Source: Hemiscyllium ocellatum (taxonomy: Eukaryota). From it: a stretch of 64,000 bases of DNA. Both the position numbers and the translations under genes were made by a program. The stretch spans positions 12,874,068-12,938,067 of the forward strand of contig NC_083446.1 of NCBI RefSeq assembly GCF_020745735.1, written 5' to 3'. This document shows positions 1 through 11,035 of the stretch, piece after piece. The first letter of the stretch is position 1; each line of letters opens with the position of its first letter. The notes below the pieces were generated by a model, which ran no database searches, had not been told where the DNA came from, and worked only from the letters and a program-made list of their open reading frames with translations.

Positions 1-52
1 CAAATCCATTCTGGGAAGAGGTTGTTCACCTGCTCTGATTGTGAAAAGAGAC
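1..52 (+). pseudogene. Degenerate C2H2 zinc-finger fragment (truncated by window edge)
   Basis: Reads ..IHSGKRLFTCSDCEKR, resembling a linker plus CxxC of the SDCEK-type fingers in 5778-6914. Confidence 0.5.
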
Positions 53-929
53 AAAAAAAAACCTGCCGATGCTGGAATACAAAGTATTTGCTCGTCCTGA
101 TCTATTGAGAAAAGGTGATTTTATACTTTATTTTTAACATGGATGCTATGCTATTTGAAAGCACCGATCACCCTTAATACACATGATTTCTTTCATCCCC
201 AGTCATGATCAAATTCCATCAATGATAGTAAGTTAAATCAGGACATATGCACAGGAATGAAGAGGGATGAACAGATGGCCTACTGTTATGGCTTTAATCT
301 TGTTTTGATGGAACACCTAATCTTTACTTATTGTAACAACCTGTCTGGATGTTGTCCTAATGCCTAATGGCTTAAGGTGTCTTACCTTCTCATGGGAAAG
401 AAGCCTTTTAATCTGGGCCTAGCAGAGTTCACGTGAGAGTGTTGTCATTTCACTGTCCTGTGTGATTCTTTATAACTCTGGGACGTGACTACTTGTTTTA
501 ACCCTTACTCCTCTGTGTGCCCTATTTGGTTTGTCATCATGTCTGACCACATGCAGGAATAAATTAACTATTTTTGCTAAGCCATATTAGTTGGTCCAAC
601 TTCTAGTCTACCTAAAATTTATCAAACCTTTGTTTTATTTTTCACCTTTCAGATTATACACAGAGATTGATAATGTCGATTGGATTCCCCTCATCCACCA
701 AAGAAGCAACTTCTTGTGAAAAGATTGTTTATCTGAGTTCCAGCTGGGTCATGTTAAACATGAAAGACAAATAAGAAACACAACTGAAATTCCCTGGCTT
801 TTTTTTTCCTTTTTGTTATTGAACTATTAACCAAATGGACCCAAATCAATTTAACATTTGAATCTGGATCATTGATACGTCACAAAATGTGGATTCCAAC
901 TGGAAGCAGGTGTTGATACATGGTTTATT

Positions 930-1300
930 CCTGGATGTGGTGAATAGCAGCATTAACAGTGGAATACAACCTCTGCTGTTGTGTGTGAACTTGCTGGTAT
1001 CTCAGGAGGTTGTTTGCCTGAGCAAATCCATTCTGACACAAAGTGCAGTTGAATGGCTTTGTCCCCGGTATAAACTCACTGATGTGTCAGCAGATGCAGT
1101 TAAATTTTAAATCTCTCATTTGATTGTGACTATGTTGATGAGTTTCCACCAGATAATTGGATCCCTTACCACAGTCTGCAGATTTCCATGGTTTCTCTTT
1201 GGTGTGAGAATCCTTGTGTCTTTCCAGTTGAATGTTCAGCTGAAGTCCTATCCATGCACACACAGGTACCATTTCTCCCTGTTGTGAACATATTGCTGAA
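930..1300 (-). pseudogene. Internally collapsed ZNF pseudogene, inverted paralog of the 5778-6914 gene
   Basis: Minus strand gives LERHKDSHTKEKPWKSADCGKGSNY (dead first finger). 930-1030 is the diverged reverse complement of the last finger and tail of 5778-6914 (ggatttgctcagtcaaacaacctcttgagacaccagcaagttcac...ttccactgttaat). Confidence 0.75.
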
Positions 1301-1649
1301 AAAGACACATTTTGTTTGAAGCATTATTATCTTGTACTCAACAAGATATGTTGCAAGAATACAAATTCAAGGGTAAAATTGAAACTTATCTTGCATGAGA
1401 TGTGATTGTTGGACTCCGGTTAGGGCATTACGATTCTGATTGACAAACAGCCAGGCTTTGTTAAATTTCAAACTAGGCAAATTGACTCTGGTCAGGGTAT
1501 TTCCCTGAGAAATGAATCAACAATACTTACTTTGTTGATCTGAAAAAATTGCAGTACATGTACACAAACTTTCTGTCTAAAATTTAAAAAGGGCCAGTTG
1601 CTTCCAGTACCCAAAGGTGTGACACAATGTTTGTTTCCAAACTTGGATA

Positions 1650-1930
1650 ATTGTCTGTATGGGAATTTGCATGTTCAACTCACATCTGTGTGGGTTTCCT
1701 CTGGGTGCTCTGATTTCCTCCACAGTTCAAGGATGTACAAGTTAGGTGGATTGACCATGCTAAATTGCCCCATAGTGACAAACGATGTACGGGCTAGGAG
1801 GATTATCCAAGGTAGATATAGGGTTACGGAATATGGTGAGTGTTTGGTCTGGGTGGAATGCTCTTCGGAGGATTAGTGCAGACTTGATGGACCAAATGGC
1901 CTCTTTCAACACTAGGGATTCGATGATTCT
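1650..1930 (+). mobile_element. HE1-like tRNA-derived SINE (old, 5' truncated)
   Basis: tgtgggtttcctctgggtgctc...ccatgctaaattgccc core shared with the other SINE copies. Confidence 0.75.
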
Positions 1931-2296
1931 ATTCTTTTCTGTGAAGGTTTGTAAGGGTCAAGATTCTGGAACTTTCTAACAGCACCGTGGATGTCCCTGC
2001 ACCCCAAAGTCAGCTATTTTTCAAGATGATAGCTCACTACCACCCTCTCCAGGGCAGCTGGGGTTGGACAATAATGCCCACATCCACGAATAAATTACAA
2101 CAAAATGTTGGGTGTTGTAAAAAACTGGATGTAGAGTTGAAAGATCAGGAGCCACTGTCCCTCTGTCAGTCTGTGACTGTCCTTCCTCCTACGGTCCGTT
2201 TAAACTTCACATTACCTCCTCATCTCCCTACTCGCACTCTGCCATTCTCAGGGCTGCATAACACCCATTCTTCAGTATTCTGATTTAGGAATCCTC

Positions 2297-2607
2297 ATGT
2301 CTGGCAGAAAGAAAGGAGGCACAGTGCTAGGTAAAGTGTCGAGGAAAGTGAACCCCACAAAGTGTTTTGTGATCATGTCAAGGGCATCAACAATCTGGCA
2401 CTTGGCTTGCCATGCTGGGATCAAGCGGATCTTGGGATGTGTGAGCATGCTGAAAATCTTCCTGAAGAGTTCGATTGGAATGCAGTTACCAATACTGGAC
2501 TTGCCAAGTGAGAGATGGTCACTACTATGAATGTGCTGCTTGCTCTGAAATACCAGGGCCGCACTTCGGATTCAACTACTCAACAACTGGAATCTTTTCA
2601 GTCAACC
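2297..2607 (+). pseudogene. H4: Histone H4 pseudogene with remnant 3' stem-loop
   Basis: Across frameshifts: MSGRKKGG..LGK / KVFCDHVKGI / IWHLACHAGIKRILG / MLKIFLK / AVTNTGLAK*EMVTTMNVLLALKYQGRT. This aligns to H4 ([73 protein letters not shown]). ggaatcttttcagtcaacc at 2589-2607 resembles the histone stem-loop ggctcttttcagagccacc. Confidence 0.9.
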
Positions 2608-2929
2608 ATCTCCTTCCATCGCATTAAGTCTGGAATCTGTACAACCCTTATTTCTACGTGCAAAAATGTACTGAATACGGTTGCGCTGGGAGCAAACATA
2701 GCTTTCCCAATCTGAGATTAGGACAGGAAGTGGGTGAATTGCACATTTTCATTTGTAACAGGAATGAGTGTATAGCTGGGTGATAATACCACTAGACCAT
2801 CACCCACCTGAAATACACGCGATGCATTTACGTGTCTTCCTAACTGTAGTATTTATTCTGTACATTTCCCCGATTAGGATTCCAGGAGAATTAAACCTTC
2901 AACCAGGAAATCGATGGCGTTAATGTATA

Positions 2930-3420
2930 CCCAGACTGCTCCGCGCTGCAGAAAGCCCCCTATCAATGCATACAGGAGCCCAATGCGCAGGAGTAGGAGC
3001 GGGCAGTGCTCTGAGCATGCTCAGTGATGGTCATGGGGGCAGTCTGAAGAGGACTGGACGGTTCGAGCAGCGGGAGGAAATTGTGAGAGAAGGTAGGAAT
3101 GGAAACCACGGTACTGGGGCCTGGCAACTTGTTCAACTCTTGGTGGTGGCTTGGGGCCTCAAAGGCCCGTATTTACCCTGCGCAGGCGGAATCAGACCCC
3201 TGCGGAGCGGGCTCCCTGGCCGCCATCTTAGGGGAGTGGGATTCCAGCGGCCCAGGGAGGAGGGGTTACCCAGGTAACCGGCCACCTGCCATCTTGGTGA
3301 AGGGAAGGCGGGGTATGTTCGGTGTGCAAGGCGGACGGGCGGCCACCTTGGTGAAGTATCGGGGGAGGCGGGGTTTGTGTCCTCGTGATGAGAGAGAAAA
3401 GCATTGAGGTAGTCACTCCC
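2930..3420 (+). promoter_or_regulatory. CpG-rich promoter / non-coding exon 1, probably of the 5778-6914 ZNF gene
   Basis: GC/CpG-rich; palindrome ctgagcatgctcag; candidate donor ag|gtagga at 3092/3093; RFX-like gttacccaggtaac 3265-3278; YY1-like gccatctt at ~3222 and 3288; paralogous to 60220-60700. Confidence 0.7.
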
Positions 3421-3744
3421 TCTTGAGTTTAGTAGCTGGAGAAAAGAAAGTGAGATAACTAGGCGTGGACGAAAGAAATGGTGCGACAGGTTTGGATTTC
3501 AGCCAGGAAGAATGGAGAGCGTGAAGTACAGGCATTTAAAACTTTGGAGACAGAAAGAATGGAGGAATGGGAAGCTACAAAATGATACCTCCTCTGGTCG
3601 TGTCTGAATGCCATGTGATCAGTGTTCCTCAGTTACTCATAAACACACACCCCCTTTACACATCTTTCATCGATATTGAAATGTTACTTTTGGAAATAAC
3701 AAATTTGTAATTTTCCTATCTGTCTCCCTTGTATTTATACAATT

Positions 3745-4330
3745 ATACATCATGGAAACAGACCCTTCAGTCTAACTTGTTCACGCCAACCAGATATCTG
3801 ATCTAGTCCCAATAAGACAGCATTTGGTCCATATCCCTCTAAACCCTCCCCATTCATGTCCCATCCAGATGCCTTTTAAATGTTGTAATTGTACCTGTCT
3901 TCTCCAACTCCTCTGGCAGTTCATTCCATATGTGTACCACCCTCTGCATGGAAAAAGTTGTCCCTCGGGTGCTTTTTAAAAATCTTTCCTCTCTCACCTT
4001 AAACCTCTGCCCTCTGGTTTTGGACTCTCCTATGCTGGAAAAAAAGACCTGGGCTACTCACCTTATCCATGTTTTTCATGATTTTGTGAACCTCTATAAG
4101 TTCACCCCTTAGTCTCTGATGCTGCAGTGGGTGAGGGGGGGAGGGGGGGGAGGGGGGTGGGGGAAAGCCCCAGCCTGTTCAGCCTATAGCTCAAACCCTC
4201 CAATCCTGGCAACATCCTTGTAATTCTTTTCTGAACCCTTTCAAGTTTCACATCATCTTTCCCATGTCAGCGAGGCCAGAATTGATCTCAGTATCTTAAA
4301 AGCAGTCTCGCCAATGTCCTGAATAGCTGC
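3745..4330 (-). mobile_element. CR1/HER1 LINE 3' fragment
   Basis: catggaaacagacccttcagtc...ctctggcagttcattcca...aacatccttg, the antisense 3' end repeated many times in the window. Confidence 0.8.
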
Positions 4331-4651
4331 ATATAATCCAAAGCATAAGTCTTTTTTTCTGAAGGGTCCTCTAGCATCAGTTGTGGTCTCTTTATGTTCT
4401 AACTCATAACTCATTACCCCGCACAATAAAAGTTGTTTCCCTCATGATCTGTAACTTATAACCCTGAGCAAACGTACCTTGCCTAGGCCTGGGTGACCTG
4501 CAAAAAGCCAGGAATGTGCACCGTCTGCTCAAGCAGCCTTTCTGCCGGAAAGAGAGGAAAGAAAATAAAATGTTCCATAAAACTTAGTCATGTCAGTTCT
4601 GAATTTGCATCCTGAGCTTGTAGTTACATCTTCTGTGAAATACTTTTACAG

Positions 4652-5046
4652 TGAATTTGAAAAGTAGATTTGCCATTGGGAAGGCTAAATTAAATATCAC
4701 TTCAAGATTTGATTAATCAAGATCTGAATATCAATGGCTTTTAAATATGGAAGAAACAAACATTAATCACGGTATTGAGAGACTTGTTGTGTGCTGGAAG
4801 TATGGACAAGGGGTCAATGCATGGTTTGAACTGACAAGATACTTAAACATTTGTTGGAGGTGGCATTATGCAGCTTGGAAATGTGTGGAACAATTTGATT
4901 CGACATCCGAATTGCAAGCTCAATGTCGCCACCATGCCAAGGAAAGATGCAACACCTACCCAATTTGTGGGAGGGAATTCACTTTGTCATAACGCCTGGT
5001 GGCATGTCAGGACCTTTACGCTGGGGAGATGCCATTCACCTGCTCT
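4652..5046 (+). pseudogene. Heavily decayed ZNF exon, homologous to the 5' part of the 48921 gene
   Basis: After acceptor ttttacag: MEETNINHGIERLVVCWKYGQGV...CVEQFDSTSEL..RHHAKER..PICGREFTLS*..AGEMPFTCS. Aligns in register with MQEESTAHHVEKSHTCSECGQGF...[37 protein letters not shown]. Confidence 0.7.
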
Positions 5047-5777
5047 AGAAATCACTTCCTACCCTGTTACAGGACAATTCATTGTCAGACAGTGAATGAA
5101 CTGCACCCCTCATAGACCTTAAAGGAGAGTCTAGGACCAGAGGGCATAGTGTCAGAATAAAAGGGTGCCAATTAAGACTGAGATGAGGAATTTCTTCTCT
5201 CTTTTGGGATCAAGAGCTGTCAGAGCAATTAGATTGTGGCATTAACAGGAAATGGTTGTGGCAGGAGTTTCTTTTAAATAAAGAAATTAGATGAATGCAT
5301 GAGAGAAAAGGGATTAAAAAGATCAGTTGAAAGTCTGAGGTGACATAGAGTGAATGGGACCAGAAGCATAAGATGCATAAATACTTACAGAATAGTTGGA
5401 CCTAACAGCCAATTTATTTGTTGCATATTCTAAATACTTCAACTCCTTTTACAGGGTATTCAGAGCAGTGGATTTGCAGATAGTAAATTCAAACCAAATA
5501 TCAAGATTTGACAGAACCATTCAATTCATTGGGACATGTACATCATTGGTCTTTGAATGTACGAGAAGAAATGTTTGTCTCTGGGGGACAAAAAAATTCA
5601 AACATCAGTGAGACTGAAACAGAGACACCTAAATGTGAGTGTTCCAGTGAGTTGACTTTGGAAACCGTGGTTACTGATTTCATCACATCACTCATGGTGG
5701 ATGGGAACCATACATTTGTGTGTAGATTAAACTTCAAATGATCATCCAAACTAGGGACACCCAAAGACAACCACACC

Positions 5778-6914
5778 ATGGAGAAACCGTGGAAGTGTGG
5801 AGACTGTGGGAAGGGGTTCAGTTACCCATCTGAGCTGGAAACACATCGACGCAGTCACACTGGAGAGCGGCCGTTCACCTGCTCTGTGTGTGGGAAGGGA
5901 TTCACTCAGTCATCTAGCCTCTATACACATCAGCGGGTTCACACTGGGGAGAGGCCATTCACCTGTCTTGAATGTGGGAAAGGATTTAATGCTTTATCCA
6001 ATCTTCGGACTCACCAGCGGGCCCACTCTGATAAGAGACCATTCAAATGTTCTGACTGCGAGAAGAGCTTTAAAAGCAGAAAGGATATCGTGACACATCA
6101 ACGCACTCACACTGGTGAGAGGCCATTTACCTGCTCCCTGTGTGGGAAGAAATTTACTCAGTCATCCCACCTCCTGACACACCAACTTGTTCACTCTGAT
6201 AAGAGACCTTTCGAATGTTCTGACTGTGAGAAGAGCTTTAAAAGTAAAAAGGATTTACTGAACCACCAACGCACTCTGACTGGGGAGAGGCCATTCATCT
6301 GCTCTATATGTGGAAAGGGATTCACCTGTTCATCCCATCTTCTGTCGCATCAATTTGTTCACACTGATCAGAGACCTTTTAATTGTCCTGATTGTGAAAA
6401 GAAATTTAAAACTACAAAAGACCTTCTGAAACACAGACACACTCACACTGGGGAGAGGCCATTCATGTGCTCTGTCTGTGGGAAGGGGTTCACTCGTTTA
6501 TCACATCTGCTGAGACACCATCGAGTTCACACTGGGGAAAGACCGTTCACCTGCACTGTGTGTTGGCAGGAATTTGTTGATTCATCCGACCTTCTGATTC
6601 ACCAGCGCGTTCATACCGGGGAGAGACCCTACAGCTGCATGCTATGTGACAAGCGATTCACTCAGTCATCCCATCTCACGACACACCAACTTGTTCACAC
6701 TGATATGAGACCTTTTAACTGTCCTTACTGTGAGAAAAGATTTAAAAGTAAACAGAATCTGTTAACACACCAGCGGGTTCACACTGGGGAGAGGCCGTTC
6801 AACTGCCCCTTGTGTGGGAAGGGATTTGCTCAGTCAAACAACCTCTTGAGACACCAGCAAGTTCACATGCGACAGCAGGGGTTATATTCCACTGTTAATC
6901 ACACCCAAGACTGA
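5778..6914 (+). CDS. C2H2 zinc-finger protein, 13 fingers (finger 6 has H->L), no effector domain
   Basis: 378-aa ORF of tandem CxxC-x12-HxxxH repeats with TGERP linkers; Kozak-like accATGg; acceptor ttttacag at 5454. Confidence 0.93.
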   Translation: MEKPWKCGDCGKGFSYPSELETHRRSHTGERPFTCSVCGKGFTQSSSLYTHQRVHTGERPFTCLECGKGFNALSNLRTHQRAHSDKRPFKCSDCEKSFKSRKDIVTHQRTHTGERPFTCSLCGKKFTQSSHLLTHQLVHSDKRPFECSDCEKSFKSKKDLLNHQRTLTGERPFICSICGKGFTCSSHLLSHQFVHTDQRPFNCPDCEKKFKTTKDLLKHRHTHTGERPFMCSVCGKGFTRLSHLLRHHRVHTGERPFTCTVCWQEFVDSSDLLIHQRVHTGERPYSCMLCDKRFTQSSHLTTHQLVHTDMRPFNCPYCEKRFKSKQNLLTHQRVHTGERPFNCPLCGKGFAQSNNLLRHQQVHMRQQGLYSTVNHTQD

Positions 6915-7449
6915 ACTGACGCTGGTTGCCTGTTTACTGTGGGAATCCAGTTTGTTGCACATGTTAAAGATGAGACTTAAATATTGCGGTCAAGATTAAA
7001 AAAGTTTGAGAAGAAGACTAAAGTTGATTGACAATGGGGAAGAACGGAAGGAACAGGGCAATAGATTATTGAAGAGGAAAGCAGTGAATTGGAGTCAATC
7101 TGCAGAAATGTGAGTTAATGACTTTGGGAGGACAGAGAAGAAAATGGATGGACAACAAATGGCAGGATACTGAGTGTCGAGGAATAAAAAAATCTTGCAA
7201 TGCTTTCCACCGATCTCTGAAGGCAGATGTACAGGGGATCGGGTGCTCAAGAGGCACTTGGGATCCTTTCTTAGTCAAGGGCTAGAATACAAAAAGCCAG
7301 GAAAATGGTGCTGTTCAGAGCACAACTAGAGTTAGAACATAGTTCTGGTTACTGCATTAAACAGTTTAATTAGTTAATTGAAATAATCTTTTTAACAGTC
7401 ATCTATTAGAGTGAGCCCATTGAGAGTCCTGATATTTTGTTAATTATAA

Positions 7450-7673
7450 AGCTGAAAATGTGTTGCTGGTTAAAGCACAGCAGGTCAGGCAGCATCCAAG
7501 GAACAGCAAATTTGACATTTCGGGCCAGAGCCCTTCATCAGGAATTCCTGATGAAGGGCTCTGGCCCGAAACGTCAAATTTGCTGATCCTTGGATGCTGC
7601 CTGACCTGCTGTGCTTTAACGAGCAACACATTTTCAGCTCTGATCTCCAGCATCTGCAGACCTCACTTTTTAC
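7450..7673. mobile_element. Palindromic Penelope-type terminal-repeat element with two hammerhead motifs
   Basis: 7450-7639 is a near-perfect inverted repeat centred on GAATTC (7542-7547). ctgatga-agggc-tctg-gccc-gaaacgtc at 7548-7575, mirrored at 7514-7541. Flanking 15-bp direct repeat ttgttaattataaag (7437-7451, 7674-7688). Confidence 0.85.
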
Positions 7674-7969
7674 TTGTTAATTATAAAGGGAGCCTAAACT
7701 TAATTCACATAAACTGAAGTCAATTTGATATTTGTGTGTGTTTGTTTAATCAAATGTAGCAAATAAAGATAACTAATAAGCAAGAGATAGTATAGGTGAA
7801 GAAGACTGAACTCTTCAGTAATTTACTATTTGAAATGTTTAGATAATACAAGTTCAGAAAAATACTGGTTATTTCCTGATAAACTAAAGTGATTTAATCA
7901 CAATGGAAGAAGCTGATTAGTGAGTATGAAGATGAAGTCTGGAATGAAGATGAACCTTCATTTATGTTA

Positions 7970-8455
7970 AAAGGATATTACTAAACTGGAGAGGGTTTAG
8001 AAAACATTAACCAGTGTGTTGCCCAGAATGGAGGGTTTGAGTTATGAAAAAAATAGACTGGATAGGGTGGGACTTCTGGAGCATAGGAATTGAAGGGAGA
8101 ACTTAGAGGTTTATAAAATCAGGGGGGTGGGGGGGGTCATAGATAAGGTGAATAGTCAAGATTATTTTCTGTAAGGGAATTTCAAAACTAGGGGGCATAT
8201 TTTTAAGGTGAGAGAAGATTTAAAAAGGATATGAGGGGCAACATTTTTACACAGAGTGGTTAGTACGTGGAATGAACTGCCAGAGAAAATGTGGGATGCA
8301 GGTCCAATTCCAAAGTTTGAAAGACTTTTGGATAAGTACATGAATAGGAAAGGTTGAAGGGATATTGACCAGATGCAGGCAAGTGGGACTAGTTTAGTTT
8401 GGGAACATGGTGGATATGGACTGAAGGATCTGTTTCCATGGTGTATTACTGCGAC
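7970..8455 (+). mobile_element. CR1/HER1 LINE 3' fragment
   Basis: aaactggagagggtt...gaggtttataaaatc...tggaatgaactgccagag, typical CR1 RT tail. Confidence 0.8.
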
Positions 8456-8554
8456 TGTTAATCTATACTTATTTTGGTTAATACAGTTAATAATCGAATG
8501 AATAAGGACACAGCAGGACATCTCAGTCCCATGGAATACACATTTAGTTATACC

Positions 8555-9420
8555 ATAAGACAAAGGGGCAGAAATAGGGCATTCAACCCATCAAGTCTGC
8601 TGCACCATTCAAAAAGATAATCGTCAACCTTCCTACTGTTATACTCCATTCACTTTTGAAGTAACAGCCAACATTTCATTTGTTTTCCCTATTACTTGCT
8701 GAAATTGTATGATAGCTTTTTGTGATTTCTGCATGAGGACCCTGTCTGTGCTGCACTTTCTACAGTCATTCCCATTTAAATAATATTCAGCACCTCTGCG
8801 ATATGCATAACTGAACATTTTTCCACATTATATCCTGTCTGCCAAATTTTTGTACAATCATGTATATTTCTCTGTAGACTCTTTCTGTCATCCTCACCAC
8901 TTGTTTTTCTCACCTATTTTTTTGTGTCATCAGCAAACTTGGCTATACTACATTCAGCTGCAAATGTGTTGCTGGTCAAAGCACAGCAGGCCAGGCAGCA
9001 TCTCAGGAATAGAGAATTCGACGTTTCGAGCATAAGCCCTTCATCAGGAATCACTACATTCACTTTCCTTATCTAAGTCATTTGTATATATTTTAAATAT
9101 TTGTGGCCTCAGCTCTGATCCCTGTGGTACTCCACTAGTTATAGATGGCCATTCAGAAACCCTTCCCCTTATCCCAGCTTTTTGTCTTGTATTAGTTAGC
9201 CAATCCTCTGTGCTAATTTATTAACCCCAACACCATGGGTTCTCACTTTTTTAAGCAGCCTAAGGTGTGGTATTTTATTGAATGACTTTCAGAAATCCAA
9301 GTATATTACTACTACTAGTTTCCCTGTCCTGCCTGTAACCTCCACAAATAATTAAGATAAATGTATCAGACGTGATTTATCTTTCATGAAACTCTGCTTA
9401 ATTACATCTTTCTAATAGAC
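8555..9420 (-). mobile_element. CR1 LINE fragments (interrupted by the 8957-9052 element)
   Basis: Antisense RT segments (tcatcagcaaacttgg, agaaatccaagta). Confidence 0.65.
8957..9052 (-). mobile_element. Short Penelope-type terminal repeat with hammerhead motif
   Basis: Minus strand: attc-ctgatga-agggc-ttat-gctc-gaaacgtc-gaat; 10-bp direct repeat actacattca (8947-8956, 9053-9062). Confidence 0.8.
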
Positions 9421-9454
9421 AACAACTTTTTCCCAAAGACAGTTGGGCAGCACC

Positions 9455-9710
9455 AGCCTAGGTTGACTGTGTGGAGGTTGCATGTTCTCCCCGTGTCTGT
9501 TGGATTTCCTCCCATAGTCCAAAGATGTGCAGGTTAGGGTGGATTGACAATGCTAAATTGCCCATAGTGTCCAGGGATGTGCAGGTTAGGTCCATTAGCC
9601 ATGGGAAATACCAGGTTATAGGGATGGGGAAGGTCTGGGTGGGATGCTCTATTGAGGGTCAGTGTGGACTCGATGGACCAGTTGGCCTGCTTCCACAGGA
9701 TTCTACGGTT
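9455..9710 (+). mobile_element. HE1-like SINE
   Basis: tgtgtggaggttgcatgttctccccgtgtctg...gctaaattgcccatagtgtcc. Confidence 0.8.
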
Positions 9711-9779
9711 CCATATCTACGTACATATGTTCAGGACAATTGCAAAATCAGGGAGGTTCTGCCAGAATGGAGAAGATTG

Positions 9780-10660
9780 GTCAGACCACAGAGCACTGCA
9801 TACAGTTCTGGCCTGCCAATTACAAGATAGGTGTGATTGCTGTGGAGAGTATACAGAAGACACTAATGAAGATGTTTCCAGGAATGGAGAATTTTCACTA
9901 AGATGAAAGAATTGTAGACTGTGATTGTTTTCTTTAGAATAGAGGAGACTGAGAGAAGTTTTAATTGAGGTGCATACAGTTATGAGGGAGCCAGACAGAG
10001 TGGATAGGAAGGACCTATTTCCATTAACAACTCCATGACTAAGGCACTGAGATTTTCAGTAACTGGCAGAACATAAGAAAGAGGAGCAAAAATTGGCCAG
10101 TTGGCCCTTTGAGTCCGCTCCGCCATTCAATAAGATCGTGGACTCGACTCTCCTTACCCACCTGCTCACCATAGCCCTTAATTTCTTTACTATTGAAAAA
10201 TCCATCTATCTTTGCCATAAAAAACATTCAAGAAGATAGCCTCAACTGATTCACTGGGCAAGGAGTTCCACAGATTCACATCCCTTTGGGAGAAGAAGTT
10301 CCTTCTCAACTCAGCTAAATCTGCTCTGCCTTATTTTGAGGCCATGCTGCCTTGTTCACCCACCAAAAGAAACAACCTCCCTGCTTCTACCTTATCTATT
10401 CTCTTCATAGAAGATGGAAGACCTAGAATGGGAGTGGAGAAAACTTTTCACTCGGGATGGCAGGATCTGGAACTCAATTTCAGTTCGGATCATAAAGGCA
10501 GATAAACCTCATTGTATTTTTAAAAAAGAGACTTGCATCTGCTCTTGAAATGCCAGATGATTCCGAGCAACAGGTGAAGATCTATAAAAAGAGATTGGTG
10601 TGGATCACTCTATTTTAGCCGGTCAGCAAACACCTTAGGCTGAATAGCCTCCATTTTTAC
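9780..10660. mobile_element. Nested CR1 LINE 3' fragments (+ strand with a - strand insert at ~10070-10410)
   Basis: CR1 RT tail motifs on both strands. Confidence 0.65.
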
Positions 10661-11035
10661 TGTACCTTTCCAATGATTTCACTCTGATAGTTGGATGTTT
10701 TTCTTGGTCATGTTGATAATCTTGCTCATTGAGCTGTCATTCAATATTCTGAATAAATGCAGAAAAAAAAAATTGGTTTGAAACTCTTTGCTTTTTCTTT
10801 TTCTCATCTGAGTGTAGAACGTCACCTAATCAGGGCTCAGAAAGAACAGTCTGGGAGGGGGGTGAGCTGAAAGAGGATTGTCTAACAGGAACAGAACTTC
10901 ATCCTGGACACAAGTCTTTCAGGATCTCATGGGAGAGCCAAACTTCACCGGCTTTGTCACCTCTTCACTGACAGTTAAGTCCCAGTGTGAGTTAATCCTG
11001 AAGCGTGTACGAAATATTTCCCAGCTGCTCTCTAC

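Noticed and set aside
2966-3416. Overlapping ~100-aa ORFs in the CpG island (also 60427-60783, 15162-15890)
   Set aside because: GC-rich sequence lacks stops by chance; no domain similarity
10830-11030. Exon-like unique segment with gtgagt donor
   Set aside because: No recognisable protein similarity or partner exons; cannot be supported
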